A DNA stretch of 64,000 nucleotides, taken from the NCBI RefSeq assembly GCF_963921235.1, contig NC_086097.1, forward strand, positions 37,636,001 to 37,700,000, written 5' to 3'. The notes under the pieces were generated by a model. That model saw nothing but the letters and a program-made list of their open reading frames with translations. It had not been told where the DNA came from and ran no database searches. Positions 39,867 through 51,459 of this stretch are shown here, piece after piece. Origin of the DNA: Mobula hypostoma (taxonomy: Eukaryota). The stretch's first letter is position 1. Each line of letters opens with the position of its first letter. The position numbers and the translations under genes were made by a program.

Positions 39867-40277
39867 ATATCAAATCTAAGGGCTGTGAATCTAAACCAAA
39901 CAGCCCCTTTTAAAAATTCTGTTTTGTCCATAATGTACTACCTCACACTTGATGATATTGATCTTTTTTAGTTTAGCTTGTTTTATCCTTATTAATATTT
40001 TTCTGGATATCTTTTTTCTTTGAGTAGCTCACAAATTTTTGATGTCATTTTGAATCTAATAAATACATGAAGATGAGAAGGAGTTGGTTTAGGAAGCTGA
40101 AATATTATCTCTTTATTTCCTAGATCTTCCACCAAATTCAATGGACTTTATTTGAATTTTTTTGTCTTCACCCCCCCCCCCCAGATGGTAACACAAAACA
40201 CTGAGAGACCTGTTAACAACACACATCAAAGTTGCTGGTGAACGCAGCAGGCCAGGCAGCATCTCTAGGAAGAGGTA

Positions 40278-40315
40278 TAGTCGACGTTTCAGGCCGAGAC
40301 TCTTCGTCAGGACTA
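40278..40315 (-). ncRNA. Minimal type-I hammerhead ribozyme motif
   Basis: Minus strand tagtc-CTGACGA-agagtctcggcct-GAAA-c-GTC-gacta. One substitution in stem II. Confidence 0.7.
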
Positions 40316-41035
40316 ACTGAAGGAAGAGTTAGTAAGAGATTTGAAAGTGGGAGGGGGAGGGGGAGATCCAAAATGATAGGAGAAGACAGGAGGGGGAGGG
40401 ATGGAGCCAAGAGCTGGACAGGTGATTGGCAAAGGGGATATGAGAGGATCATGGGACAGGAGGCCCAGGGACAAAGACAAGGGGGGGAACCCAGAGGATG
40501 GGCAAGGGGTATAGTCAGAGGGACAGAGGGAGAAAAAGGAGAGTGAGAGAAGGAATGTGTGTGTAAAAATAAATAACAGATGGGGTACGAGGGGGAGGTG
40601 GGGCATTAGCGGAAGTTAGAGAAGTCGATGCCATCAGGTTGGAGGCTACCCAGACAGAATATAAGGTGTTGTTCCTCCAACCTGAGTGTGGCTTCATCTT
40701 TACAGTAGAGGAGGCCGTGGATAGACATGTCAGAATGGGAATGGGATGTGGAATTAAAATGTGTGGCCACTGGGAGATCCTGCTTTCTCTGGCGGACAGA
40801 GCGTAGGTGTTCAGCAAAGCGGTCTCCCAGTCTGCGTCGGGTCTCGCCAATATGTAGAAGGCCACATCGGGAGCACCGGACGCAGTATATCAGCCAATAT
40901 ATAGAAGGCCACATCGGGAGCCTTCCCTCTCACTTTCAAATCTCTTACTAACACCCTCCCCCTCCCACTTTCAAATCTCTTACTAACACCCTCCCCCTCC
41001 CACTTTCAAATCTCTTACTAACTCTTCCTTCAGTT

Positions 41036-41071
41036 AGTCCTGACGAAGGGTCTCGGCCTGAAACGTCGACT
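41036..41071 (+). ncRNA. Minimal type-I hammerhead ribozyme motif
   Basis: agtc-CTGACGA-agggtctcggcct-GAAA-c-GTC-gact. Predicted cleavage after 41067. Confidence 0.8.
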
Positions 41072-41190
41072 GTACCTCTTCCTGGAGATGCTGCCTGGCC
41101 TGCTGCGTTCACCAGCAACTTTGATGTGTGTTGCTTGAATTTCCAGCATCTGCAGAATTCCTGTGTGTGAGACCTGTTAACAGTTGGAGT

Positions 41191-41270
41191 CAGGGGTCCC
41201 GAACCTAGGGTCCATGAACCCCTTGGTTAATGGTAGAGGTCCATGCCATAAAAAGGTTGGGAACCCCCTG
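41191..41270. mobile_element. 80-bp hAT-type MITE
   Basis: Imperfect TIRs CAGGGGTCCCGAACCT / AGGTTGGGAACCCCCTG. 8-bp TSD GTTGGAGT / GTTGGGGT. Confidence 0.8.
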
Positions 41271-42774
41271 GTTGGGGTGGAAAGGCTTGTGATCCTAGAC
41301 CAAACTTGAGGAGAACAGCCATGGGAAAGAGAAGCTGAGGGGCATTGTGAAGATCTGAGAAGGATGCTGATTGGAGATTGTAAATAGAATAGAATAGAGG
41401 AGATCATATGCCTTGATTAGAGTGAGAAAAGAAAATTGAGAACAGTTAATAGATGAGGTTGAAGAGTAGAGAGGAGAAAGGGGAAGGGTACTATACAAGG
41501 AAGGTAAAAGAATCAGAGGTTGTAGTCCTTAAGTGGATTGATAATTGAAGATTGAAAAGGGATAGGTGGTGGACTAAAACGTTCTTGCTCCTGCTGACCT
41601 GCAAACAATAATGGAAAAGTGCTTAGCTGGGAGATCCATCTGTTCCTTGCCTATCTTAACTGCTGTTTCCAGAGCCCTTGAAAACCTGTTGTGTAGCCAA
41701 TAAATTTAAAGCTGTCCTAAAATATGAGGCATATATTTCATTAAAGTATTTATATCATTGTCACAGTGATTGCCCTTGATGGCAAGATAGTGCTGGCGAC
41801 CAAAGGCGATGCTTTGTAGACAGTTCCCTAAACTACTAGATACTCTAGCAGATATATTTCTTCTGAACTGTGATCACCCCTGTCTGCAGACTGCAACTTC
41901 CTGTTTAAGGATGTGCTTTTGTGATCTCCTGGGGATTCAGCAAACTAGACTCACCAGAGTGCTGGTACAGCCAAGGCAGCCATCACTGGGAATGGATGCT
42001 GTGCTGAGGCCTAATGGCAGAAGACGAACCCATAATCAGCTCCATTATTCCCCACCAATTAAAGCACCAAGCAAGATTGAAATTGTCAAGGATGAGAGTG
42101 GAAAACAGACAGGTGTTCAGCACTGCCTGCTTGTGTTTGACTGGTCCCCTTCTCTTGTCATCACTACCATTAGGTATGAGGTGCACGAGTCTTGAGTCCC
42201 ACCGCACCAGGTTCGGAAGTAGTTGTTACATCACAAACATCGGGCTCCAGGACGGACTTCACACGCCTCAGCGCTGAACAGACGCACACACTTTCAGGGA
42301 TTCTGCATTTAATGTTCCATGTGCTTTTGTTTACTTTTTAAAAAATTTTTGCACGATCTGATCAAGATGTCAAGACAGAGGACGAAGGATGAGCCAGTGT
42401 TCAGCTCTGTATCTCGCAAGGTTTACTAGCCTCAGTTCTAAACTGGCTCCATGGCTGTGGACTCACTTTTGGGGACTCTGCATTTGATATTGTGTGTTAT
42501 TTGTTTACTTTTTCATTGTTTGCGTGATTTGTATTTTTTTCGCACATTGGGTGTTTGACTGTTTTTGTTGTACGAGATTTTTAACGGGTTCGATTGTGTT
42601 TCTTTGTAGTGTGGCTGCCTGCAAGAAGACGAATCTCAAGGTTGGATACAGTGTACATACTTCGATAGTAAATGTACCTTGAACTTCGAATAATCAATAC
42701 CTGAGTGCTGTGTATATGACCATTGGTTGGTGGCATCTGTTAGTCTTGTGACACCATGGATCTGATATTTGTTG

Positions 42775-43832
42775 GTTTAAAGATCAAAGTAAATTTATTA
42801 TTAAAGTACATACATGTCACCAGGTACAGCCCTGGGATTCATTTTCTTGCAGGTATTCAGAGTAAATACAAGAAACACAGTAGAATCAGTGAAAGACTGA
42901 ACCCAGCAGAATGGACAAACAACCAATGTGCAAAAGAGAACAAGCTGTGCAAATAGAAAAAGAATGTAAATAAATAAACAAACAAACAATAGATATCAAG
43001 GACATGAAATGAAGAGTCCTTGAAAGTGAGCAGCACACACAAAATGCTCGAGGAACTCAGAAGGCCAGGCAGCATCTATGGAAAAAAAAGTACAGTCAAC
43101 GTTTCGGGCCAAAAACCCTTTGATGCTGCCTGGCCTGCTGAGTTCCACCAGCATTTTGTGTGTGTTGCTCGGATTTCCAGCATCTGCAGATTTTCTTGTT
43201 TGTCTTTGAAAGTGAGATGATAGGATGTGGGAACAATTCAGTGATGAGGTGTGTGAACCTATCCCCTCAGTTCAAGAGCCTGATGGTTAAGGGGTGATAA
43301 TTGCTCCTGAACCTGGTAGTGTTCGTCCTGAGGCTCCTGTACCTTCTTCTGAAGGCAGCAACAAGAAGAGAGGATCGCCTGGATGGTAGGGGTGCTTAAT
43401 GATGGATGCTGCTTTCCCATGGCAGGGCTCCGTGTAAATGTGCTGAATGGTGGGGAGGGCTTTACCCATGATAGACTGGGCCACATGCACTACTTTCTGT
43501 AGGCGTTTCCAGTCAAGGGCATTGGTGTTTCCAAACAGTCAATATACTCTCCACCACATATCTATAGAAGTTTGTCAAAGTTTTAGATGTCATCCCAAAT
43601 CTCTGCAAACTCCTAAGAAAGTAGAGGTGCCACTGTAGTTTCTTCGCAATAGCACCTAGGTGCTGAATCCAGGACTGATCCTCTGAAATAACGCCGAAGA
43701 ATTTAAAGTTGCTGACCCTCTCCACCTCAATTCCCTCCATGAGGAGTGGCTCGTGGACCTATTGTTTCCTCCTCCTGAAATAACTGAGTGACAGGTTGTT
43801 GTGGCACCATTCAGCCAGATTTTCATTCTCCC
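42775..43832 (-). mobile_element. Rex1/Babar-like LINE 3' portion
   Basis: VERVSNFKFFGVISED...LYFLRSLQRFGM...NFYRYVVESILT; IIKHPYHPGDPLFLLLPS. Confidence 0.85.
43031..43201. mobile_element. Second fold-back PLE-tail insertion (different subfamily)
   Basis: cacacacaaaatgct...gcagcatc inverted against gatgctgc...agcattttgtgtgtg. Flanked by GTC(C/T)TTGAAAGTGAG at 43016-43030 and 43202-43216. Nested in a Rex-like tail. Confidence 0.85.
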
Positions 43833-44295
43833 TGAGTTGGGGCTGAAAGAATATTATAGTTGGGAGCTTAACATCCAGGGATACACATTGTATTGAAAGG
43901 ACAGGCAGGGAGGCAGAGGGGGTGGTGTGGCTCTGTTGATAAAAAATGAAATCAAATTCTTTGAAAGAGGTGACATAGGATCAGAATCCTTGTGGTTAGA
44001 GTTAAGGAACTGCAAGGATGAAAAGACCCTAATGGGAATTATATACAGCCCTCTAAACAGTAGCCAATACGTGGGCTACAAATTTCAATGGGTGATAGAA
44101 AATGCATGTCAGAAAGGAAATAATTCAATAGTCATGGGAGATTTCAATATGCAGGAAGATTAGGAAAATCAGGTTGATACTGATTTTGGATCCCAAGAGA
44201 GAGAATTTGTAGAATGCCTATGAGGTGTCTTTTTAAAGCAGCTTATGGTTCAAACCCCTAGGGGATCAGCTATTCTGGATTGGCTGTTGTTCAAT

Positions 44296-47200
44296 TAGCA
44301 CTAGCGGCGGACCAATCATCTCGGAGAGTTAGAGCTTCACACACTCCGGGGAGAAGAGTTTAAAAAAGGAGCAGGGATCAGTGCATTAGCAGGAGGAAAT
44401 AAAAGTAAAGCAGGGTCGAAGTAGAGTGTCCATTGTGTGAGGGGGCCAGTGTGGGAGTGGGAACTTGAGGCTTTCGTGAGGAGGCACAGGTAAGTAGCAA
44501 GTAAGGTTTTTGTAGTGGTGGAATAAAAAGTCACTAAATTACAGCTAATTAAATAAATTAGGGATGATGCCGGATGAGGTGATGTGCTATAGCTGCATAA
44601 TGTGGTAGCTGGTGGACCCCATTGTGGTTCCCGGTGACCACATCCACAGCAAGTGTTGGACGCTCAAGGAACTCAGTCTCAAAAGTTGACATGGAATCTG
44701 AGCTTCAGATACTGTGGCGCATCAGGGAGGGGGAGAGTTACCTGGATTCTCCGCTTCAGGAGGTAGTTACACCCATTAGATCAGCTGCCTCAAATTTGAT
44801 TTGTGGTCAGGGACAAGAGGGTGTGACTGCGAGTGATGTGGGTAGTGGGATCCAAGAGACAGTGCTGGAGGAGCCTCAGCCCTTGAGCTTGTCCAACAGG
44901 TCTGAGATTTTTGCTCCCTGTGTGGATAACAGTGGGGGCTGTAGGAAGGTTGAACAACCTATCTGTGGCACTGTAGCACAGGGAGTCATTCAAGAGGAGG
45001 GAAAGAAGAGAAATGTAGTGATAATTGGGGCTGGTATAGTCAGGGGAATAGACAGAGTTCTCTGTTGCGAGGATAGAGCATCCCGAGGTATGTGTTGCCT
45101 GCCTGGTGCCCGGGTTCAGGACATCTTATCTGACTTGCAGTGGGAGGGGAAAGAATTTGCAGTTGTTGTGGTTCATGTGGGTACCAACAATGTAGATAGA
45201 ATGAGGAAAGAGGTTCTGCTGAAGGAATTAGAGCAGATGGGGACCAAATTAAAAAGCAGAACCAAAAAGGTAGTAATCTCTGGGGAAGGAGGGAGCTGTA
45301 CCAATGGGACGGGCTCCACTTGAACCGTGATGGGACCTGGATCCTAGCGAATTGCATAACTAGGGCTTTAAGCTAAACAGTAGGGGGTGGGTTCAACAGA
45401 TTGGAGAAGTATGGATAAAGTAAAAAAAAATGTGGATAAAGATAAAGAACAAACAAAAGATAAAAAAGAGAAATGTAAGAGTGGAGTGAAGAAAAGTCAA
45501 GAGCAAAAGAGTAAAAGATTACAAGATTTTAAAAGCACAATGAGTGTAAGGGCACCTTATTTGAATGCCCGTAGTATTCAAAACAAGGTCAATAAACTTG
45601 TGGCTCAAATCAGTACAAAGAGGTATGATTTAGTGGCCATTACAGAGATGTGGTTGCAGGTGGAGAGAATTGGGAATTCAATATCCAAGGGTATCTGGTA
45701 ATACAGAAGGACAGGCAGGAAGGTAAGGGAGGTGGGGTAGCGCTCTTATTTAAAGATGAGATCTGGGCGATAGTGAGAGATGACATAATACCTAAGGAGC
45801 AGAATGTTGAAAACATCTGGGTAGAGATTAGGAATATTAAAGGGGGAAAAAAATCACTGGTGGGATTTGTCTATTGGTCACCGAATAATGACATTACAGT
45901 GGCACAGGCAATAAACAGAGAAATATCTGAGGAATATAAGAATGGAACAGCAATTATCATGGGGGACTTTAACTTGCACATAGATTGGATGGATCAAGTT
46001 GGTCAAGGCAGTCTTGAGGAAGATTTCATAGAATGCATCCGTGTTGGCTTTCTTGAACAGCATGTTACTGAACCTACAAGGGAATGTACTATCTTAGATC
46101 TGGTTCTGTGGAATGCGATAGGTAAAATTAGTGATCTTGTAGTTAGGGATCCTCTTGGAAAGAGTGATCACAGTATGAGTGAATTTCTCATACAAGTGGA
46201 GGGTGCAATAGTTCAGTCTAAAACCAGTGTATTATGCATAAATAATGGAGACTACAATGGGTTGAGGGAGAATTTGGCTAGTGTAGACTGGGAACACAGG
46301 CTATATGGTGGGACAGTTGAGGAACAGTGGAAGACTTTCAAAGAGATTTTTCACAGTGCTCAACAATAGTATATTCCAGTTAAAAGCAAGGAAAGTAAGG
46401 GTGGGGAGAGCCAACCATGGATAACTAAGGAAATAAAAGAAGGCATCAAACTAAAAGCTTGTGCATACAAAGTCACTAAGAGTAGTGGAAAACTGGAAGA
46501 TTGGGAAAACTTCAAAAAGCAACAAAGTGCCACTAAGTGAGGAATAAAGAAACAGAAGCTACATTATGAAAATAAACTAGCACAAAATAGAAAAACCGAT
46601 AGTAAAAGTTCTTGTGATTATATAAAGCGGAAAAGGGTGGCTAAGGTGAATGTAGGTCCCTTGGAGGACGAGAAGAGGGAATTGATATTGGGTAATGAGG
46701 AAATGGCCAAGGCTTTGAATGACTATCTTGTGTTGGTTTTCACGATGGAGGACATGTCCAACATGTCAAAGAGAGATGTTATGGATGCAATGGGAGATAA
46801 GGACCCCGATACAATAGGTATCACTAAAGAGGTAGTGCTGAGCAAACTCGTGGGCCTGAGGATAGATAGGTCCTCTGATCCTGATGGAATGCACCCCAGG
46901 GTACTGAAACAAATGGCAGAAGTTATAGTAGAGGCTTTGGTGATGATTTACCAAAATTCTCTGGACTTTGGGCAGGTTCCGGCAGATTGGAAGATGGCGA
47001 ATGCCACACCACTGATCAAAAAAGAATGTAGGCAAAAGGTAGGTAACTATAGGCCAGTTACCTAACTCTTCTCCTTCCTGCCATCTGGCAAAAGATACCA
47101 AAGCATTCGGGCTCTCATGACCAGACTGTGCAACAGTTTCTTCCCCCAAGCCATCAGACTCCTCAATACTCAGACTAGACTGACATCTACATCATTTATT

Positions 47201-48863
47201 ATTATAGTGTAATTTGTCCTCTACTGTGCCTATTGTTTTGCTTATTAATTATTGTACTGCCCTGCACTGTTTTGTGCACTTTATGTAGTCCTGTGCAGGT
47301 CTGTAGTCTAGTGCAGTTTTTATGTTGTTTTACATAGTTTAGTGTAGCCTTGTGTTCTCTCACATAGTCTAGTGTTGTTTCAGGTAGCACCATGGTCCTG
47401 GAGGAACATTGTTTCGTTTTTACTGTGTAGTGTACCAGCAGCTTATAGTCGAAATGACAATAAACTTGACTTTAACATCTGTAGTTGGGAAAATGCTTGA
47501 AGCTATCATTAAAGAAGAAATACCGAGACATCTAGAAAGAAATGGAACCATCAGGCAAATGCAGCATGGATTCAACAAAGGCAGGTCCTGTTTGACAAAC
47601 TTACTGGAATTCTTTGAGGATATAATGAGCGCAGTGGTTAGAGGGGAACAGATGGATATTATTTACTTGGATTTCCAGAGGTGTTTGATAAGGTGCAACA
47701 TAAAAGACTTGTCCATACAATAATGATGTATAAAGTCAGGGTGATGTATTAGCATGGGTCGAGGATTGGTTACCTAATAGAAAGCAAAGAGTTGGGATAC
47801 GTGGGTATTACTCTGGTTGGCAATCAGTGGTGAGTGGTGTGTCGCAGGGGTTGGTGCTGGGCCCGCAAACTGTTCACGATATACATTAACGATCTGGAAG
47901 AGGAGACCAAATGTACTGTGTCTAAGTTTGCTGATAATACTAAATTAAGTGGAAAAACTAATTGTGCAAAAGATACGGAGAGTCTGCAAAGAGATAAAGA
48001 TAGGAGTGATAGAAGTGAGTGGGCAAGGGTCTGGTAGATGGAGTACAATGTTGGTAAATGCGAGGTCATCCACTTTGGAAGGAAAGATGAAAGAGCAGAT
48101 TATTATGTAAATGGTAAAAAAAATTGCAGTATACTGCTGTGCAGCGGGACTTGGGAGTGCTTGTGCATCAATCACAAAAGGTTGGTTTGCAGGTGCAGCA
48201 GGCAATCAAGAAGGCAAATGGAATGTTGGCCTTCATTGCTAGAAGGATTGAATTTAAGAGCAGGGAGGTTATGCTGGAACTGTACAGGGTATTGGTGAGG
48301 CCGCATCTGGAGTACTGTGTGCAGATCTGGTCTCCTTACCTGAAGGAGGATATACTAGCTTTGGAGGCAGTGCAGAGGAGGTTCACTAGGTTGAATCCAG
48401 AGATAGGGGTGTTAGACTGAGGAGAGATTGAGTCACCTGGGACTGTACTTGCTGGAATTCAGAAGAATGAGAGAAGATCTTATAGAAACATAGAAAATTA
48501 AGAAAGGGATAGATAAGATAGAGGCAGGAAAGTTGTTTCCACTGGTAGGTGAGACTGGAACTAGGGAACATAGCCTCAAGATTCAGGGGAGTAGATTTAG
48601 GACACAGATGAAGAGGAACTGCTTTTCCCAGAGAGTGGTGAATCTGTGGAATTCTCTGCCCGATGAAGCAGTGGCAGCTTCCTCAGTAAATCTATTTAAG
48701 ACAAGGTTGGATAGATTTTTGCATAGTAGGGGAATTCAGGGTTATGGGGAAAAGGCAGGTAGGTGGAGACGAGTCCACAGCCAGATCAGCCATGATCTTA
48801 TTGAATGGCAGAGCAGGCTCGATGGGCCTGATGACCTACTCCTGCTCCTATTCTTATGTCCTT
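44296..48863 (+). mobile_element. Near full-length decayed CR1-clade LINE (ORF1 zinc finger + SGNH esterase; ORF2 APE endonuclease + RT)
   Basis: ORF1 CYSC, CLPGARVQD, VHVGTNN, DGLHLN. ORF2 YLNARSI, GGGVAL, MGDFN, SDH, PDGMHPRVLK, QHGF, KFADNTK, VRPHLEYCVQ. Tail ttcttatgtcctta. Many stops and frameshifts. Confidence 0.92.
47061..47471 (+). mobile_element. Rex1/Babar-like LINE 3' end nested within the CR1 RT
   Basis: Interrupts NYRPV|LTSVVGK. Begins with LFSFLPSGKRY and ends aataaacttgact. Confidence 0.85.
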
Positions 48864-51459
48864 AATGAGCCAGATTTTATTAGGGATCTTAAGGTAAAGG
48901 AACTCTTAGGAGACAGTGATCATAATATGATAGAATTCACCCTGCATTTGAGAGGGAGAAGCTAAAGTCAGATGTGTTCAGTATTTAGTGAAATAAAGGG
49001 AATCACAGAGGCATGAGAGAAGAGCTGGCCAAAGTTGATTGGAGGGGGATACTAGTAGCAATGATGGCAGAGCACCAATGGCTGGAGTCTCTGGGAGCAA
49101 TTCGAAAGATGCAGGTTTGATACATCCATTCTAAAGGCAGAATGACACAGCTGTGGCTGACATGGGGTGTCAAAGCCAACATAAAAGCAAAACAGAAGGC
49201 AATAACAGAGCAAAAATTAATGGGAGGGTTGGGAAGCTTTTAAAAACCAACAGAAGGCAACTAAAAAAATGCATAAAGAACAAAATGAAGAAACGGGGAT
49301 GTGGGGAGCGTAGAAGGTTGAGGGGGGACTTGATAGAGGTGTTTAAATTTATGAGGGGGATTGATAGAGTTGACATGGATAGGCTTTTTCCATTGAGAAT
49401 GGGGGAGATTCAAACAAGAGGACATGAATTGAGAGTTAAAGGGCAAAACTTTAGAGGTAACATGAGGGGGAACTTCTTTACTCAGAGTGGTAGCTGTGTG
49501 GAACGAGCTTCCAGCAGAAGTGGTTGAGGCAGGTTCGATGTTGTTGCTTAAAGTTAAATTGGATAGATATATGGACAGGAAAGGAATGGAGGGTTATGGG
49601 CTGAGTGCAGGTCGGTGGGACTAGGTGAGAGTAAGAGTTTGGCATGGACTAGAAGGGCTGAGATGGCCTGTTTCTGTGCTGTAATTGTTATATGGTTATA
49701 TGGTTAAGTCTGAAGTTAAGTTAGCGAATAATATCAAAGAGGATACCAAAGGGTTTTTTTTCCCAGATATATAAAGAGTAAAAGAGAGGCAAGAGTAAAT
49801 ATCGGACTCCTGGGAAATGATGATGGAAAAGTAGTAATGGAGTGAAGGAAATTGTGGACAAACTGAAATTAGTGCTTTTGTCTTCACTGTGGAAGACTCT
49901 ATCAGTATGCCAGAAGTTTGAGAGTGTCAGGCGGCAGAAATGAGTGCAATTGCAATTGCTGGGGAGAAGATGCTTGGGAATCTGAAAAGTGTAAGTCACC
50001 TGGACCACACCTGAGGTTTCTGAAAGAGGTAGCTGAGGTGACTGTGGAGTCATTAGTAATGATTTTTCAAGGATCACTAGATTCTGGCATAGTTCCGAAG
50101 GACTAGAAAATTGCAAATGTCATTCCACCTTTCAAGAACGGAGGGAGGCAGAAGTAAGGGACCAGTTTGTCCGACCTCGGTGATTGGGAATATGTTGGAA
50201 TCGATTGCTAAGGATGAGGATTCAGAATTCTTGGAGGCACATGATAAAATAGGCCATAGTTAGCATAGTTTCCTTAAGGGAAAATCTTGCCTGACAAATC
50301 TATTGAAATTCTTTGAGGTAATAATAAGCAGGATAGACAAAGGAGAATCGGTGGATATTGTGTACTTGGATTTTCAAAAGGCCTTTGACAAGGTGCCACA
50401 CATGAGGCTGCTTAGCAAGATAAGAGCCCATGGTATTACAGGAATGATACTAGCATGGATAGAGCATTGACTGATTGGCATGAGTGGGAATAAAGGGAGT
50501 CTTTTCTGATTGGCTGCTGGTGACTGGTGGTATTCTGAAGGTGCTGGGAGTTCTTCTTTTTACTTTGTACAGCAATGATTTGGATGAAGGAATTGATGGC
50601 ATTGTGTCGAAGTTTGGGAATGATAATACAATAGGTGGAGGAGCAGGTAGTGTTAAGGAAGCAGGGAGGCTACAGAAGGACTTAGTCAGATTCAGCGATT
50701 GGGCCAAATATCAGATGGAATACAGTGTCAGGAAGTGCATGGTCATGCACTTTGCTAGAAGGAATAAAAGTATGGACTATTTTATATACTAGGAAAAATT
50801 CAAAAATCTGACGTGCAAAGGGACTTAGGAGTTGTCTTGCAGGATTTCCTACAGGTTAACTTGCATATTGAGTTGATGGTAAGGAAGTCAAATGCAATGT
50901 TAGCATTCATTTCAAGAGGACTAGAATATAAAAACAAGGTTGTAATGCTTTATAAGGCACTCGTGAGGCCTCACTTGGGAGTATTGTGAGCAGTTTTGGG
51001 CCACTTATCTAAGAAAGGATGTGCTGACATTGGGGAGGGTTCAAAGGAGGTTCACGAAAATGATCCCGGGATTGAATGACTTTTTGTATGAGGAGCGTTT
51101 GATGGCTCTAGACCTGTACTCACTGGAATTTGGAAGAATGAAGTGGATCTCATTAAAATCTATCAAAAGTTGAAAGACTAGTTAGAGTGGATGTTCATTT
51201 GGAATGGAGGTGAGGAGGAATTTCTTTAGCCAGATTGTGGTGAATCTGTGGAATTCATTATCACTGGTGGCTATGGAGGCCAGGTCACTGAGTGTATTTA
51301 AGTTATGGAAGGTTATGGGCAAAAGGTAGGAGAATGGAGTTGAGTGGCAAATGGGTCAGCCATGATCAAATGGTGGAGTGGACTCGATGGGCCAAATGGC
51401 TCCAATGTCTCATGTCTTATATACTGATTTTCACCACCCTAGTGTAGTCAGCAAATTTG

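Larger units (their letters stand above)
40219..41168. mobile_element. 5'-truncated Penelope-like retroelement with inverted ends and GIY-YIG endonuclease remnant
   Basis: Minus-strand ORF 40606-40914 (IYCVRCSRCGLLHIGETRRRLGDRFAEH...VATHFN...LEEQHLIF.LGSLQPDG) is a PLE-type GIY-YIG C-terminus. 40217-40355 is inverted relative to ~40995-41133. TSD GAGACCTGTTAACA at 40205-40218 and 41169-41182. Confidence 0.92.
43833..51420 (+). mobile_element. Older host CR1 ORF2, split by the element above and by a CR1 3' fragment at ~49295-49705
   Basis: Endonuclease reads ...ILDWLLFN at ~44295 and resumes NEPDFIRDLKVKELLGDSDHNMIEF at ~48864. RT remnants at 49720-51300. Confidence 0.85.

Noticed and set aside
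40931..41025. 35-bp repeats as a CRISPR array
   Set aside because: Head-to-tail tandem copies with no unique spacers, in a eukaryotic retroelement context.
44622..45323. 233-aa ORF as a host esterase gene
   Set aside because: It is CR1 ORF1, directly upstream of ORF2, with the GDS motif mutated and frameshifts.
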